Positions 26,244 through 37,400 of a stretch of DNA of 64,000 nucleotides are shown one piece after another. The first letter of the stretch is position 1, and each line of letters begins with the position of its first letter. The DNA is from Microthyrium microscopicum. Lineage: Eukaryota. The DNA lies in NCBI GenBank assembly GCA_010405405.1, contig MU004231.1, forward strand, positions 1,042,153 to 1,106,152, written 5' to 3'. The notes beneath the pieces were generated by a model. That model was not told the origin of the DNA. It made no database searches and saw nothing but the letters and a program-made list of their open reading frames with translations. Both the position numbers and the translations under genes were made by a program.

Positions 26244-26898
26244 CTACCTCTTCACGCTTCGCTCCCTGCCTGTTGCTCTCTGCTTCAGCCTGGTTTTGCG
26301 AATACCAGCCCTCTTCTTCTGAGCTGGCAACGCAATGCAACTTGCTAGCACTGTGGTGGCATCCGTCAGTTCAGCCAGACTTCGAGCTGATTCGTCATCG
26401 CCAAATTGACACTCTTGCTCGAGTAGCTTGAGTTGTTGTTTATACGCTTCATTTTCTCTCCGCACCTCAGCAAGCTCACTACGCAACATGGAGTTAATCA
26501 TCAACACTTCTTGATTCCTTTCCTGCAGAATAAGATAAGTCCGTTGAGCATTGTCAGCCTGTTCTTGCAAGGCTTGCGAATTCTGGTCTACTCTCTGCTC
26601 GCAAGAGGCCCTCACAGAGAACATGGAGTGCCGAATTTCCCCTTCCGCTTCTTCAACTACAGCTCGCAATCCGTTTATGATTGCAGCCACAGGAGACAGG
26701 AAATGTGCTGCTGCTTGCCTAGAGATTTCCTATGCCATATTAGTAGTGCTCTTCCCTGCGCTGCGCTTGAAGCCGTACATTGTGCATGTCTTCCTCAACA
26801 GGCGAGTTGGCTATGGTCACAGTTTTTGCAGTCGGAGCTGCCGTGAAAGGAAAAGATTCGTAACTAAGTTACACTTCTTTCTTACCAGAGGGATCCAT
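26244..26898 (-). CDS. Coiled-coil hypothetical protein, 3 exons
   Basis: MDPS|GTAAG..TAG|ANSPVEEDMHN|GTACGG..CTAAT..TAG|EISRQAAAHFLSPVAAII joins the 148-aa ORF in frame. Dyad at 26938-26954. Confidence 0.65.
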
Positions 26899-27249
26899 AA
26901 TAAGTTCAAAACGAATGGATGCTATAGTCAGTTGGAAAGTCCCAATTTTGGCCCCCCCCCTCAACCCTAGGCTTCCTTCCCACTGACATAACCATTCCAA
27001 GAGCGAATTTCTGAAACCTACTGCGCCATCATGGCAATTCGGTTTCCGTCCATGCAAATATTACTCCGTTCACCGCTTCAGAATGTGAAATCATATGCTC
27101 TAACTTGAATCATGATCCTAGCGATCGAAGCGCTTCGCGCCAATGATTTGCAAGAGAGCCCAAAGACTCGAAGAGTGCATCTACGGGTAGTCTCACGTGT
27201 TTATGAATTATTCATGGGCATTATTGACGCGGGATAATGATATTGAAAG

Positions 27250-27977
27250 AGATCTAACAACGTAACAAAAAACACGCCTCAAGCCTCTTTACTCTTATTC
27301 ATCTCATGGCTTTGATCGCTAACTTGAGATTCGCCCTTCGCCTCAAGCTCGGCTATTTTGCTTGCACCGGCAGCAACCAAAGCACTTGCGTGCGTCAGTG
27401 CTTCCTCATACTTTCGGGTGATTTCAGTTATTCCAGCCATTTCAACCTCATGTTCGCGTTCAACTCTGCGGCTTTCCGCTTTAAGATAGGATATTTCCTC
27501 TTGTTAGTCCTTCATCATTTCTTCAGTAGAGCTTTCAGAAGAGGATTCCGTGTAACCATCGCTTACATCGTTACCGCTATTATACAGTAGAGACTTAAGC
27601 GACGTGATTTCCTATTCTATAAGATTATATATCTAGCGTAGCAGTTCGTGAGAGGCTGAGATGTTGGTAATATTATCCTTCAACGTCTTATTGATGCGCA
27701 TCTGTTCATAATATATGGCAAATATCCAAACAAAGTCGGCTCTAATCGAGTTGAGTTTTTGGAGAACATCCTGCACCATCGGACTAGGTGAAGGGAGAGC
27801 CATAGACTACCAGTGTATATTAGTACGCTGTTCCTGACCCCACAGAATATTATCTTACCTGTTGCCTATGCATGAGATTCGCCATTACTTGTGACTGCGA
27901 TGAATGATCTTGTACGCTATGAGGTAATTAGATATTTTGTTTAAGAATCGAATTTTCTCGCGTTGAGGCCTGGACAT
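27250..27977 (-). pseudogene. Hypothetical protein, RIP stops
   Basis: MSRPQREKIRFLNKISNYL...|GTAAGA intron|...DVLQKLNSIRADFVWIFAIYYEQMR. Two dyads at 28061-28097. 3' end approximate. Confidence 0.45.
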
Positions 27978-29199
27978 AAATAAACCGATTTTCATGAGAT
28001 ATAGAATTGATGTGCCCAATCGTGATCGACTACCGGCAAGGGAAGCTTCCGTTCTAAATGTACCCCGATTTTGGTCTCAAGGTCCTGATTGTGGGCCTAG
28101 ACGCGCTCTAGATTGGAAATGGATGTGAACTCTTCCATCCGACCAGGGCAGATAGCCTGTGGTCAGCCCAACAATAGAAAGGGGCTGTGGATGTAAATAC
28201 ATTGCTTTCATTCGCCAGAAGAATGGACTACGTAAGCGATCGACAAAACCTGGGTCCCTGGCTTGTTGCGGCTCAGCCCCTGTTTCCTGTCGCGGGGTCC
28301 CTGTCTGCGGGTCAACTGCTAGATCGTCTATGTTTCGAAACAACGCCTCCCGTGTAGGCTTAATTCAACTTCAAAGTAAAACCAAGATATAAGTTATATT
28401 TTTTGTACGTGGACTGAACAGTTGCACGAATTTATTTGATGCACTATCTTCTCTAAGGTCACTCATCCGCCACTTCGTCTTCAAATTCTGAGTTCAGCTT
28501 CTTAAAATTAACGAGTGCTTCCTAAAGAGTTTTAACCACAAGTCGAACTTCTTTAAGTAAATACATGCTAGCACTATACTTTCTTTATTAGTACTAAAGT
28601 TCTTTGCTAAGCTGAGTATTCTCCCATTCCCTTTGTTATTATATAATGGAAATATCTAGGGTAGGCATTTTCTTTGCCGACTCTATTCTTCTTAAAGGTG
28701 GATCGCTCGCCGGGTGAGTGCCCTGCTTGCAGGGAGCTTAATTAACATTGTTCTTTAGGGGCGTGTCAGTATTAGCAATAGGGCGAATCTTAAGCTTATT
28801 GTAACTTAGCATAATGTTGTAAAGATTTTCTAGTTCTAATAGTGAACAATCTTTAGGCGCAAGAATTGTAAATATTCGTAAATCAAGGGCAAGTTCAATC
28901 TCGAAGAGTTATACTATTACACACTACTTCATACTATAAAGGTTACCTGATTCTGGACCCTCGAGCCACTCTGCAAGCATTTTGTCCCGTTTTTAGGGCC
29001 CTGAGCCACGCTGTCCTGCTTAGATGTTGAACTAAGAAGAGAGAAAATATAGAGTTTCGTTCGACATAGAAGAAATAGAGGTGTCATTGCAATGATTTAC
29101 ACAGCTAAACCAACCCAAATTCTATGTAATTACATAAATACATTAAGGAATATTACCTAAGCTTATTTGACTGGCCTAACTAATTGTTTAGCGGTCAAG

Positions 29200-29742
29200 T
29201 TCATAAGAGTGTAATACTTACAAATGTTATTAAGTAATTTCTTTAACTCTTCCTAAATTTGCTCCTTACGTTATTGCATTCTTTTACATTATTAGCTAGA
29301 ACTTACGTGTACAGAAGGTAGTGTCAACATACTTAATATCCTATATCTCTTTAGCGTCTTCGACTTTTATTAGTCTCTGACACATAGCCCCTAGGCTATC
29401 TTCTATCTGCGCTAGCCTTGCTTCCATGCTATGTCTAAGCTATAGTACAGTCTCTTTGAGGCTTTCTCCGTTGGCTGCAGGTTTGCTGGAAAGATTGTCA
29501 TCCCCTAGGAGTGTTTCGATAACGAAATCATTTGGTTTAGATAGTAATAGGAAGGTAGGATTAACGCCGCTAGACTAGTCGAAGGTTGTATCGCTTAGCA
29601 TACTGAGTGCGCCAGGCGTAGTATTAAGTACAGGCTCTACTGGATCGAGAAGATCAAGAAGATTAAATGATAAGTAGCTAGGCAGAGTTGAATCTAGCGG
29701 GTTTTTAATTAGTTATGTGGAGGTTGTCCATGGACTAGACAT
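29200..29742 (-). pseudogene. Hypothetical protein with C-terminal coiled coil, RIP stops
   Basis: MSSPWTTST*L...MEARLAQIEDSLGAMCQRLIKVEDAKEI. 3' end approximate. Confidence 0.4.
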
Positions 29743-30689
29743 AGTTGCGGTGAAATGTAGGTTAAATCCTAGAGTAAAGATAAAGAAACAAGTATATCAA
29801 TGAAGAAGTATAGACACGTGCTCTTAAGGTATAAGTATGCCAATACTAGAGCTCTCTCAATAAGCTTATTTATTGGATGCGTACCATCCGTTGCTTAGCC
29901 TTTAGGACCAAAATCTGCCCCCTAATTCAGGAAGCCTAACGCCTTTAAGTGCCCTTTTTCAAACCCCCTTCTAGCTTAAGATATAGTTGAAGACGAACGC
30001 TGCTATACTATACTAATACTACTGTAATAAGTATGTAGGAGTAAATTCAACTAAGGTTACGGCTCCATTGCTCTACTCTTAGAACCTCTCGACAAAACGC
30101 TTATATAATAAGATACTCTTTAGTATGTAGTTAAGTATATTGCATGGCTACAATAGCTGTAATTATTCCAAATTGAGAGTTTTTAGCCTTAACGATAGGT
30201 AGGCTACATCGTTTAAAACAAAAGAGATAGGGTTATTAACGTTTGCAGCCTTAACCTTGCATTGATAACGTTCGCTAAGAGTTAATAGATTACAGGGATT
30301 ATATAAACTATTAATAGCCTAGCTACGTCACCCATTAATTACAGTAAGCTTAAACTATAATTTTCAATCGAATTCTATATTCCTTAACTTAAGTAGCTAT
30401 GTTTTGGAGTCTCTAAGATCTAGAGGATTAACTAATAGGGGTCGACGCTCCTATATAAATAATTCCACTCTCGCAATACTACTAAAAGCTAAAATAGTAA
30501 TAACTAATTAAATTAGAATTAGTTACTAGAATGTAACGACTTAAAACTTAACTTACGTTTTAAAATACAAGCTTAGTAAGTAATTCTTATTACGTAATTA
30601 TTTAGTTCTAAATGCTATATATATACTCATTACTTCGTCTATATAAATATAACTTCACAAGGAATGCAGCGGAGACTCTCCTATTCCAC

Positions 30690-31485
30690 AATACTATTAC
30701 TTAGCTAAATTGCATACTTTTATCTCTAATAACCCTCTTAGACTATAACTTTGCACCTCATCCTAACAACTACGATACCTCTCCCACCGTCTCAGGTTAC
30801 TAAGGATAACTAAGTAGGAATAGTACCTTACTTACCAAACAACTCTAGGCGCTCTCTAAAGCCTTACGTTATAGTTATTCTTAATAGCATCGTTACTATA
30901 GATTGTCTTATACAAACTGTATATAACTAGGTTCTTACTTATAACGCCTTCCTTACCTCTAGTGTAGAGAAATTTGAAAAAGCATACTTTGCGGAATATT
31001 ATAAATTACTATAATCGTCTAACGCAAATAAAGCTATAGGCCGAGATATTAATATTCTTCGTTAGGAGAATGCTAAATACAAAAACCTTAAAGGGCATTC
31101 GCAACAGTTAAAGGAGGATCTACTCGCATACTAAGCTAGATATCGAGAGCTCGACGAATTGAACATCTAGATTAAGAAGGAGAACAAAAAACTCTTAGAT
31201 ATTAATACAGAAATAGGGAAGATGATTGTAAGCCTCTAAGATTAGATTTCAAACTTAGAAGCTAAGCTTAACGAGGTTGGATGTTAGCTATTATATACTA
31301 CTAATAACCTAGAGCCAGCTATATAAACGCAGGCTAATGTTAAGGACGAGAGTAATCTCTCTAGCATTAGTCCTCCAAAAGTGCAATTACTAGAAACTCT
31401 TCCATTACCATTCCTAAAGAGGAAGCATAGCGCGATTAAAGATAAAGATAAAGTTAAAAATAGGCAAGGATAGCGAAAAGCTTAG
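30690..31485 (+). pseudogene. Coiled-coil protein, RIP-inactivated
   Basis: Frame ...INILR*ENAKYKNLKGHSQQLKEDLLAY*ARYRELDELNI*IKKENKKLL...; limits approximate. Confidence 0.45.
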
Positions 31486-31803
31486 CGGCACAAGTAGTTA
31501 ATAACTACCGAACGTTAGTACGTTATGCAGGGTTATATAGGATTTAGAAAGAATATATTTAGCGTATAGATTATTAAACACTATTATAATTTGCTTTTTG
31601 TAATCTATCGTTATTTACTATAATTTGAAGTTAGTCTAAAGCCTTGCTGCTCCGACCTAAGGGTCTGGAACTAATCTAACTACTTACCTTAGTCGTTGTA
31701 CAAGACCGAAACTAGACTACCTCCCTAGGCTAGCTTATAAGGAGATAGCTAGTACTCTTAATAAGTCTTTTCCTATAGAGCCTAACTTAAATATTATATT
31801 AAA

Positions 31804-32820
31804 ATAAATCGAAAGATAGCTACAGTTCTGGGCCTTATTGCCCTTACAAGCGCACATACTGTAATGGACATTCCTAAGCCTTATAACTACAAGAAAGGCT
31901 TAACGAATAGTCCTATGATACAATCCGTATTCCTATATAAGAAGAATGAAGCTCCATTTACTAACAATTATACAGGTAGTATATAGTCTAGTAACTCACC
32001 TCAGCCTCTTCATCTTGCTACCGCTGCAACCCACGGCGGAGGGTAAGTTTTTCGACACTGTGGCCATACTTGTCTAATATTTCACAGGGCCTGCTTCATC
32101 GCCATGACATACGCTTCGCCTAGCTCCCAAGAGTTCAAAGATCCCTTAAACTAGCGAAACGTATATACTATCCCTAGCGATTGTCCTACGACTACTACGC
32201 TGAATCTCGACACTATAAACAATAATAGCGACGACTATCCCTCTAAAGTACAGTATTCGTCTTCCAACTCTAACTAGATAGATTATGTACACTCCTATAC
32301 TATACCTATGCTAGACGAGTTAATGGATGGCCCTACGACTTTCACGTAGGTCTAGCTTTCTCATCTCACAGACGAGACGTATATGAATTGCGCTCCTATC
32401 ACTATCACGGAAGCAAAGAACAACGGTGGATTTAACTTACTACCGGATCTAAAGGGTTTAAGCTTCACCGGCCTTAGCGGCGGTGGCCCTCCAGAAACTC
32501 CTACTAAGAACGATGGCAGCAGTACTCCTCCTAGCCAGACGACGGCGATTCCCACTACGCTGACAAAGTCCTATCTAAATATCACAGCCACAGCCATTTC
32601 AGAAGTAAGCAACGTCGTCGTCAACGCAAATCGCCCTTCTGTGTGCCGAGAAGGGACTATACCATGCTCGTCCTTAGGATTCTTCTGCGTTAACCAGACT
32701 ACTTTTGGCGAATGCGCGCTCGGGTATGCGGTTCCGATGCAGATGTCAGCAGGAACTTAGTGCTTGGACGATGCAGTTGCATTTGCTCACCCTAAAAGCA
32801 TCAGGCGTCGCACCGACTAG
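31804..32820 (+). pseudogene. AA11-family lytic polysaccharide monooxygenase with C-terminal Cys-rich carbohydrate-binding-like module, RIP-inactivated
   Basis: Signal peptide ending ALTSA|HTVMDIPKPY (His1), ATHGGG|intron|CFIAMTY, FT*V*LSH..ETYMNCAPITI, S/T linker, CREGTIPC...FFCVNQTTFGEC..GYAVPMQMSAGT*CLD. Start ATG mutated to ATA; TGG>TAG stops. Confidence 0.75.
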
Positions 32821-33169
32821 GGACATGGAGACCTTGTTCTTACCACACACGAGCTAATTAGGATTGTTGGTCACAGAAATGCAAGTAGCTTTGGCGTAAA
32901 CTATGAATAATTATTTTAAGAAAATATTGCTTTGCACTAAGTAAGCTAAGGTCTTGGTCCAGGAGCGGCACCGCCTCCATAGCAAGCTACTCCGCACTGC
33001 CCCCGCAGACAGGGTTCCCAGAACCAGGCCCCACCTGACCCATGCAAACCTCACAGCATTCTATGCAGAACAAAAGGCGTTACTTTCCTCTCCACTTTGC
33101 TGTCGTTGGCATCAACAAACTTGCAAAAATCTCAAGTCACACGTTTTTTCACCTCTTCACCTCTTCACC

Positions 33170-34199
33170 ATGACTCATTCTTGTCACCTGTTTTTACTTC
33201 TTCTTCTTCAGGCTACAATGCTTGTCAACGCAGCCCAGATCCATACGATAAGAGTCGGATTTGCGGGAGGTCATGTTTTTGATCCGACAACGACAACTGC
33301 GGATGTTGGAGACCTAGTTATCTTTGAGTTCTTCCCAACCAACCATTCGGTAGTTCGCGGCGAATATACGGAATCCAAGGCCTGCGGGAGCAGTCAATGC
33401 AATCCTTGCGTACCCTACGAGTTGATCCATCCCGGGCAAACTAGGTTCCATTCTGAAAATTTTCTCACGCAAATAGTCTTAACTAACGGAGATGTATATA
33501 CCCTATAGTCCCGCTCACAGGAGATAACTAACGCCGACATAGGTCCCAACTTTCAATATCACTATTGGAGACAACTTTCCAATATGGTTCTATTATACAG
33601 CACTCGATTCATGCCATCCGAACGGAATGGTTAGTATGATCAATCCTGCCGAAGGCCAGTCCATCGACACACAGAAGTCTGCAGCAATCAACGCAGATTA
33701 TCAGCTTATTCCAGGCCAGTCTTGGCCGGCAGAAGGCTCTAGTCCAAGCTCGCAGCCAAACTCAACATCCCCCCCGTCTAAGAATTCGAAGAGCCAAAAG
33801 GTATCAGGTAGTGCCATTGCCGGTATAGTCATCGGCATCTTACTGGCAACAGTGCTCACCGCTGCCTTAGTCTTCTTTGTGAGGCGAACCAGACAGAGAA
33901 ATGCCCCAAAGAACCTAGAGGATTCCCTATCTTTGACTAAACGCGATGCTGAAGAACAAACGGTCCCCGTCCCAATGGAATTTGAGCCGGCCACGCCCCG
34001 CACCCAGAATGATCTCGTCAGCCCAATCTCTCCTCCGCCTCAGCGCAAGAAATCTATACTACACTTTTACAAATACCCGTTCGCGGAAAAGCCACTAGTG
34101 GCTCCAAAAGGCCATCCTGCATTGAGGTCAGGAGGAGGCCGGAACACCACAAGTGAGTTCGAGGGGGAAGAGGAATATATCGGCAGAAGCTCAAGATGA
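33170..34199 (+). CDS. Secreted cupredoxin-like, Ser-rich single-pass membrane protein (exons 33170-33493, 33543-34199)
   Basis: Signal peptide, FDPTTTTADVGDLVIFEFFPTNHSVV, PCVPY, PIWFYYTALDSCHPNGMVSMINP, Ser-rich linker, TM AIAGIVIGILLATVLTAALVFFVRR. Confidence 0.8.
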
Positions 34200-34728
34200 A
34201 CATTCAAATTGTCGTTTCTCAGATTCGCCCACTATTGTAATGCATATTTCATACGTAGAGTTTTAGTTCAAAAAGCTGATTTCTTATATCCAACCTGCAG
34301 GACTGTATTGCTGACTCTGCTCTTCCTTTCTAATGCCCCAAAATCTCAACCAATCTTCTTCAGCAGCAATATCTTCGTTGAAGCAGTGTTCAAGTGCTTT
34401 CTATAACGATTGTAAAGCTTCAAGAGCTTGTTCAAGCAATTCAAGAATTGAACACCAAAGCTTTTGATATTGCACAATGGCGTTCTGCATTGTGTTATTT
34501 TCGATTGTAAGCCTCTCTATTGTCTCAAGCTGGTGCATTCGCTGAAACTCCTCCACCCTTTAAGTTAGTAAATCAAAAGTACCAGCCTCGATCGGGGTTG
34601 GCGGATCTGAGTCTGGAAGCTCTCTGTCGTAGTCTGAATCCGAATCCATGTCAAATGTTTTGATAAGTTTGATTTGAAAGACGAAGCAGTTCTATCCCAG
34701 CTTTTACAGTGTTGACTGTAAGCCGGTG

Positions 34729-34771
34729 GTGCCCGATTTTGGGCCCTCCCTGTGAGACCGATTCCAGGCCC
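34729..34771. promoter_or_regulatory. Two dyads upstream of the GPI-protein gene
   Basis: gtgcc-cgatttt-gggcc and agacc-gattcca-ggccc. Confidence 0.6.
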
Positions 34772-34841
34772 TCTTCGCAGATTACATCTACATCACTCGT
34801 CTCAAACCTCTCATAGTCTTCGTTGCAAATTTACAGTGAAC

Positions 34842-35600
34842 ATGATGTTTGTCACAATGTTTCCTCTTTTCTTCGCCCTCGGCTTAAGCCTGCTACTCGA
34901 GCACGTAGCTTGTGCTGATATGCCGTCCAAAGCAACTCTCGCTACTTTTGGACCATCCATCGAACAGATTTCCAAGACCAACAGCAGCGAGACGAGTTTT
35001 CAACCATCTTCAACTGTATCAATAAATGAATCGAATATCAGAACGACGACCAATGCTATGAGTGTCAGCCCAGCTTCCGCGCCGACCGTGTTTGGAACGG
35101 TAATGGGACAGAGTTCGGTGTCGGGTAATAGACTGACTGTTCCAACGAGCCCGACAGCGCTGGCTTGCCCAGGCCCGACCCAGATTATAAACAGTTCCAG
35201 TACCATCGAAGCCATCGTACAAATTCAGGTTAACAATTTTGTCAGAACAGTAACTGTATTCCTCACGCAGACTGGCTCTTCCGCAATGCCGTTCGGTATG
35301 GAGTCTGTTGCTACATCTATTGCAACAACTACTACGGAAGAGGATTGTTCGCATAGCACATCCGCAAGGAGAGTCCCAGCCATCCCAAGTCAGAGCAATG
35401 GTACATCGAGCGGCTTCGCCCCTCGATCAAACTGGACTGCTAGCCATAACATAACCAATGGCTCTTCCGCCAATTCGCCCCCACCTCAAACGGCATTCAC
35501 AGTCCTTACGGCGGCTGACAGTAAATCACATAGTCACACCAACGTACCTGAAATGCTTCCGTTTTTCGCGTTCAATGTTGCTATTCTTCTCCTCCTCTAG
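34842..35600 (+). CDS. Ser/Thr-rich secreted, probably GPI-anchored cell-surface protein
   Basis: Hydrophobic N-terminus, S/T-rich body with N-glycosylation sequons, hydrophobic C-terminal tail (MLPFFAFNVAILLLL*). Confidence 0.75.
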   Translation: MMFVTMFPLFFALGLSLLLEHVACADMPSKATLATFGPSIEQISKTNSSETSFQPSSTVSINESNIRTTTNAMSVSPASAPTVFGTVMGQSSVSGNRLTVPTSPTALACPGPTQIINSSSTIEAIVQIQVNNFVRTVTVFLTQTGSSAMPFGMESVATSIATTTTEEDCSHSTSARRVPAIPSQSNGTSSGFAPRSNWTASHNITNGSSANSPPPQTAFTVLTAADSKSHSHTNVPEMLPFFAFNVAILLLL

Positions 35601-36611
35601 GAGGAATGCTACCGTATGATGCTAGATTGGCAAGTCCCTTGAGGGCTAGGGTGCAAGCAGTTTGTAATTAGACGCTCCTCAATAGTCAATTTTAAAACGT
35701 TCCCAAACGAAAGATTTATCATCACGATAAAGGAGCCACATTGTTGCGACGTTCAAGGACAAATCACCCTTTGGCTTGAGAGAGAAGGATTTGTAATGCA
35801 ATACTCTCCGTGTCCCGATTTTAGGATTCAGCAATGCCATTACCTAGCCGGATCTTGTGCCATCCGCCGCTTGCTTATAAGAGGCTTTACGCAAGGCTGC
35901 CAACAACAATATCTCCCTCTTTATTAATGATTAATCCTGCACCGTCAGCGGAACGGCTTGCATCTAATATCTTACGGTAGATCACAGGAAGAGGCTAACA
36001 AAGGCTAATGGAGCAATTGGCCAATCGGAAGATAGAATGGAAAATGTGGAGGTGGCGCTATTTAAGGTTTGGCCCCTGCGTTTTGAGGCTGTGCGTCGTA
36101 TCTGCAGCGCGATCAAGGGCGCCCTAGCCCCACGAGGATCAGGAAGGAAGGCACTAAATGAGGCTGTGAACCAAACAAACTGAGATCCAAATTTGGAGAT
36201 ATTCACTTCCCATCCCCTAGCAAAACTTGAAACGTATAGTTCTCGGTGACTTGTTGCCCGGATTGGCAACATGCATTTGATTAGATAGCCTTGCATAGCT
36301 GAACACTCGGACGAGCGCGGCTCTGCAGAGTTAGCAAAGAACTGTAGATGTACTAGTATTTCATATCGACTAGGGTGGCATATTCTTACCGTAAGTTGCC
36401 TTACACACCATACACAGCTAGACGGCTATATTTATAACTAAGGCAAGACTGGATTATCTATAAAGTTGCAAGGTAAGTTAGGCGATACTCTATATAAGCA
36501 AAACAAACTACAAACTTTATAAAGAAAAACTATCTCTTTTAACTCAAAAACCTTTCTAAACACTTTACTATAGAAATTATACCTCTGCTACAATTACCTT
36601 AAGAAGAGAAA

Positions 36612-37400
36612 ATGCACAATACTTGCGTAATAACGCCTAATGTCGCTAAGATATATAATGTCTTTCTTAATAGTAATAATAGTTTAACTACTAATAAGGA
36701 AGCTATAATTAAAGTTTAGAAGGCTATACCTAACGTTTTAAAGGTTATAGAAGAGAATTGCTTATTCCTTTATTATTACATAAGGTATATACTTAAATAT
36801 AGAATTAAGTAATTTATTAATATTAGTTCTAGTTATATTACTAAGGATAATATCTATGAACTTACTTAAGTAATTAAACTAGTAGTAAAGATTATATATA
36901 TAGACTAAAACTTAATAGTAGTTAAGAAAGAAAATAAGCTTCTTACTATAAATAGAGTAGCTATTATTATCTATACTAATATTTATAAGCCTAATAATAT
37001 TTTTAAGTATTTTAATCTTAGTAGTTTAATTAACTTTATAGAGCCTATTAGAATCTTAATAATATATATTGCCTATTTCTTAATAAATATAGAGCTTATA
37101 TATATTATATTATTAATTTAATTTATAATATATAATAATAGTTATATTATATTAATATATAATATACTTAATAGTTATCTAATAAAGAAAGAAAATATTA
37201 TTAACATTTAGGAAATCTATAATAAGACCTCTATTTTACTTATTTTTTATAACTATTAAGAAGTCTTATAAATTTTTTAAAGCTTATATCTTATAGAACT
37301 TAGAGTTATCTATTTTTATAACTAGTATATTAAATTAAATTTACTAATACTAGCTATAGTAGAATAACTTTATAATAAACTAGTAAAAAAGACCTTAATA
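36612..37400 (+). pseudogene. SAM-dependent methyltransferase of the Methyltransf_19-like (actinobacterial-type) family, RIP-erased
   Basis: Reads TPNVAKIYN.FL...IK*FINISSSYITKDNIYELT*...IIYID*NL...LINFIEPIRIL...SLYLIELRVI. RIP reversal gives ARIYN..L, IKQFIDIGSG..T.DN.HE.AQ, VYVD, LIDF.EPVG, GL.LVEPGV, YGG.A.K. Confidence 0.65.
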
